Shown here one piece after another: positions 62,610 through 64,000 of a stretch of DNA of 64,000 nucleotides. The first letter of the stretch is position 1, and each line of letters begins with the position of its first letter. Below the pieces are notes generated by a model. That model worked only from the letters and a program-made list of their open reading frames with translations. It searched no databases and had not been told where the DNA came from. Origin of the DNA: Paramecium tetraurelia (taxonomy: Eukaryota); the NCBI GenBank assembly GCA_000165425.1, contig CT868618.1:327827-391826 (forward strand), given 5' to 3'. A program made the position numbers and the translations under genes.

Positions 62610-63794
62610 TCATAGGTTTCTAAATTCATCCAATATTCCTTGGGCTTCCAACAATTTGATTTCCTTATCTTCATACCATTTTATTCTGAGTCCTTCCTCC
62701 CAATATCCTATTTTTTCCACATTCTGATTTGTTATATAAATACCAACTCCATGCTATTTGTTTTATCTCCAACAACCAGCATATTTACGACCATCTTCCC
62801 ATTTAAATACTCCTTTCCCATGCTTTTTATCGTTTTCATATTCCTAAATAATATTAAACTCTTGATTACTTACTCCTTTATATATTTTTCCATCCGGCAA
62901 TTTCAATTCTCCAGTTCCATTCATTTTATTATTCATCCATTCTCCTACATAGATTCTTCCATCCAACCATTAATATGTGCCTTGTCCCTAAATTTCATTT
63001 TAATAAAATTCTCCTTATCAAATTGAAATCAGTGAAATACCTTAATAGTAAGAACCATCAGCAAATACAAGTTTACCATTCCCATGTTTTTTACCACATT
63101 AATAATCTCCTTCATACTTTGCTCCATCTGGCCATTCTTCTATTCCTCTCCCATGTTATCCATCGTTCAGCCACTAACCTTAATGATCATGCAGTACCTC
63201 TCCAATATACTTAGCCCCATTGTCATGAGTGTATGATCCCAAACCGTTAGCTTAATCATTTAACCAATCTCCTTCATAAATATCTCCATCAGCATGTATA
63301 AGTCTTCCCTTTATATTTAATAAACTTTAACAACTTTTCCACAAGATTTATCATTTTTCCATTCTCCTTCATAAACAGAACCATCCGGCCATTATTATTT
63401 TCCATAACCTTCTCGCTTCCCATCCAACCATTCTCCTTCATATGTAGCACCATTTTATAGTAAGATCATCTAAAGAATAATAATGAGGCAACTTTACAGG
63501 AAGTTTTATTTTTTCTTGCTTCCCTATAGTTTTCCTAACCAAAGGATGTATATTTTAATTATCGGTTTGACTATTCAAATTTTTTTCAATCTCTTTTATA
63601 GAGACCTTGCTATGTTAAGATTAAATCTGTATATCATTTTAATTTGCTTCTTCAACTTATCCTGGATTAGTATTTTTATTAGTTAAAGAATGTTTTGATT
63701 TTTTCACTGAGATTTCAATAGAACGATTGGAATTCTTTACAGTTTATATTTCCTCTTTTGCACAACAAGTGTTTATACTACATGATTAACCCAT
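62610..63794 (-). CDS. MORN-repeat protein with an N-terminal MGQSC...CC acylation motif
   Basis: YEGEWLDGKREGYGKQQWPDGSVYEGEW and many further MORN repeats, ending WEEGLRIKW. Confidence 0.92.
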
Positions 63795-63930
63795 AATGGA
63801 AACTTTTAAATTTCTAAAATTAAAATCATTAACAAAAATTAGAGATCTTAGAAATCATTTTCTTTATTATTATATCGGAAGTTCTAATGAAAATAAAATA
63901 GTGTTTTTTTATTATATTATGATATTTAAA

Positions 63931-64000
63931 TCATTAATTAATTTACCTTACTATTCTTCCTGTAAATCTAACAATACCAACTGCAATCCTTATCAAAATG
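63931..64000 (-). CDS. possible 3' end of a gene extending beyond the window
   Basis: Short open frame ...ILIRIAVGIVRFTGRIVRQINQ* ending at TGA 63931-63933. Confidence 0.3.

Noticed and set aside
1..64000. Prokaryote-type systems, transposons, telomeric repeats, rRNA or tRNA
   Set aside because: No CRISPR-like arrays, transposase or RT motifs, terminal inverted repeats, C4A2/C3A3 tracts or structured RNA genes were recognised.

Overview
This is AT-rich, gene-dense eukaryotic DNA from a ciliate macronucleus, most likely Paramecium (aurelia group). Long reading frames open only if TAA/TAG are read as Gln and TGA is the sole stop. Genes are split by tiny (about 21-31 nt) GT...AG introns, and intergenic gaps are often under 40 bp. 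The supplied ORF track uses the standard code, so it shows only fragments and many spurious antisense ORFs. Hand translation with the ciliate code gives about 44 protein-coding genes. Recognisable ones include VPS29, an Ndc80-like protein, two Aurora-like kinases, PP2C, PARN, a GRIP-type golgin, a sorting nexin, RAD23, Costars/ABRACL, RBM19/MRD1, an apyrase, major vault protein and a MORN protein, plus a decayed SERCA fragment. The most interesting items are unusual architectures: a tandem pair of receptor-like E3 ligases (signal peptide-EGF-TM-RING-H2), a PH-START-SEC14 lipid-transfer protein, a MYND finger fused to an Aurora-like kinase lying head-to-head with a PP2C gene 19 bp away, tandem cytosolic six-MIR proteins, and a Costars gene with what looks like a dead, exonised intron. 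No rRNA, tRNA, transposon or telomere signal was seen. All gene models and domain calls come from reading the sequence by eye, and no database search was run.
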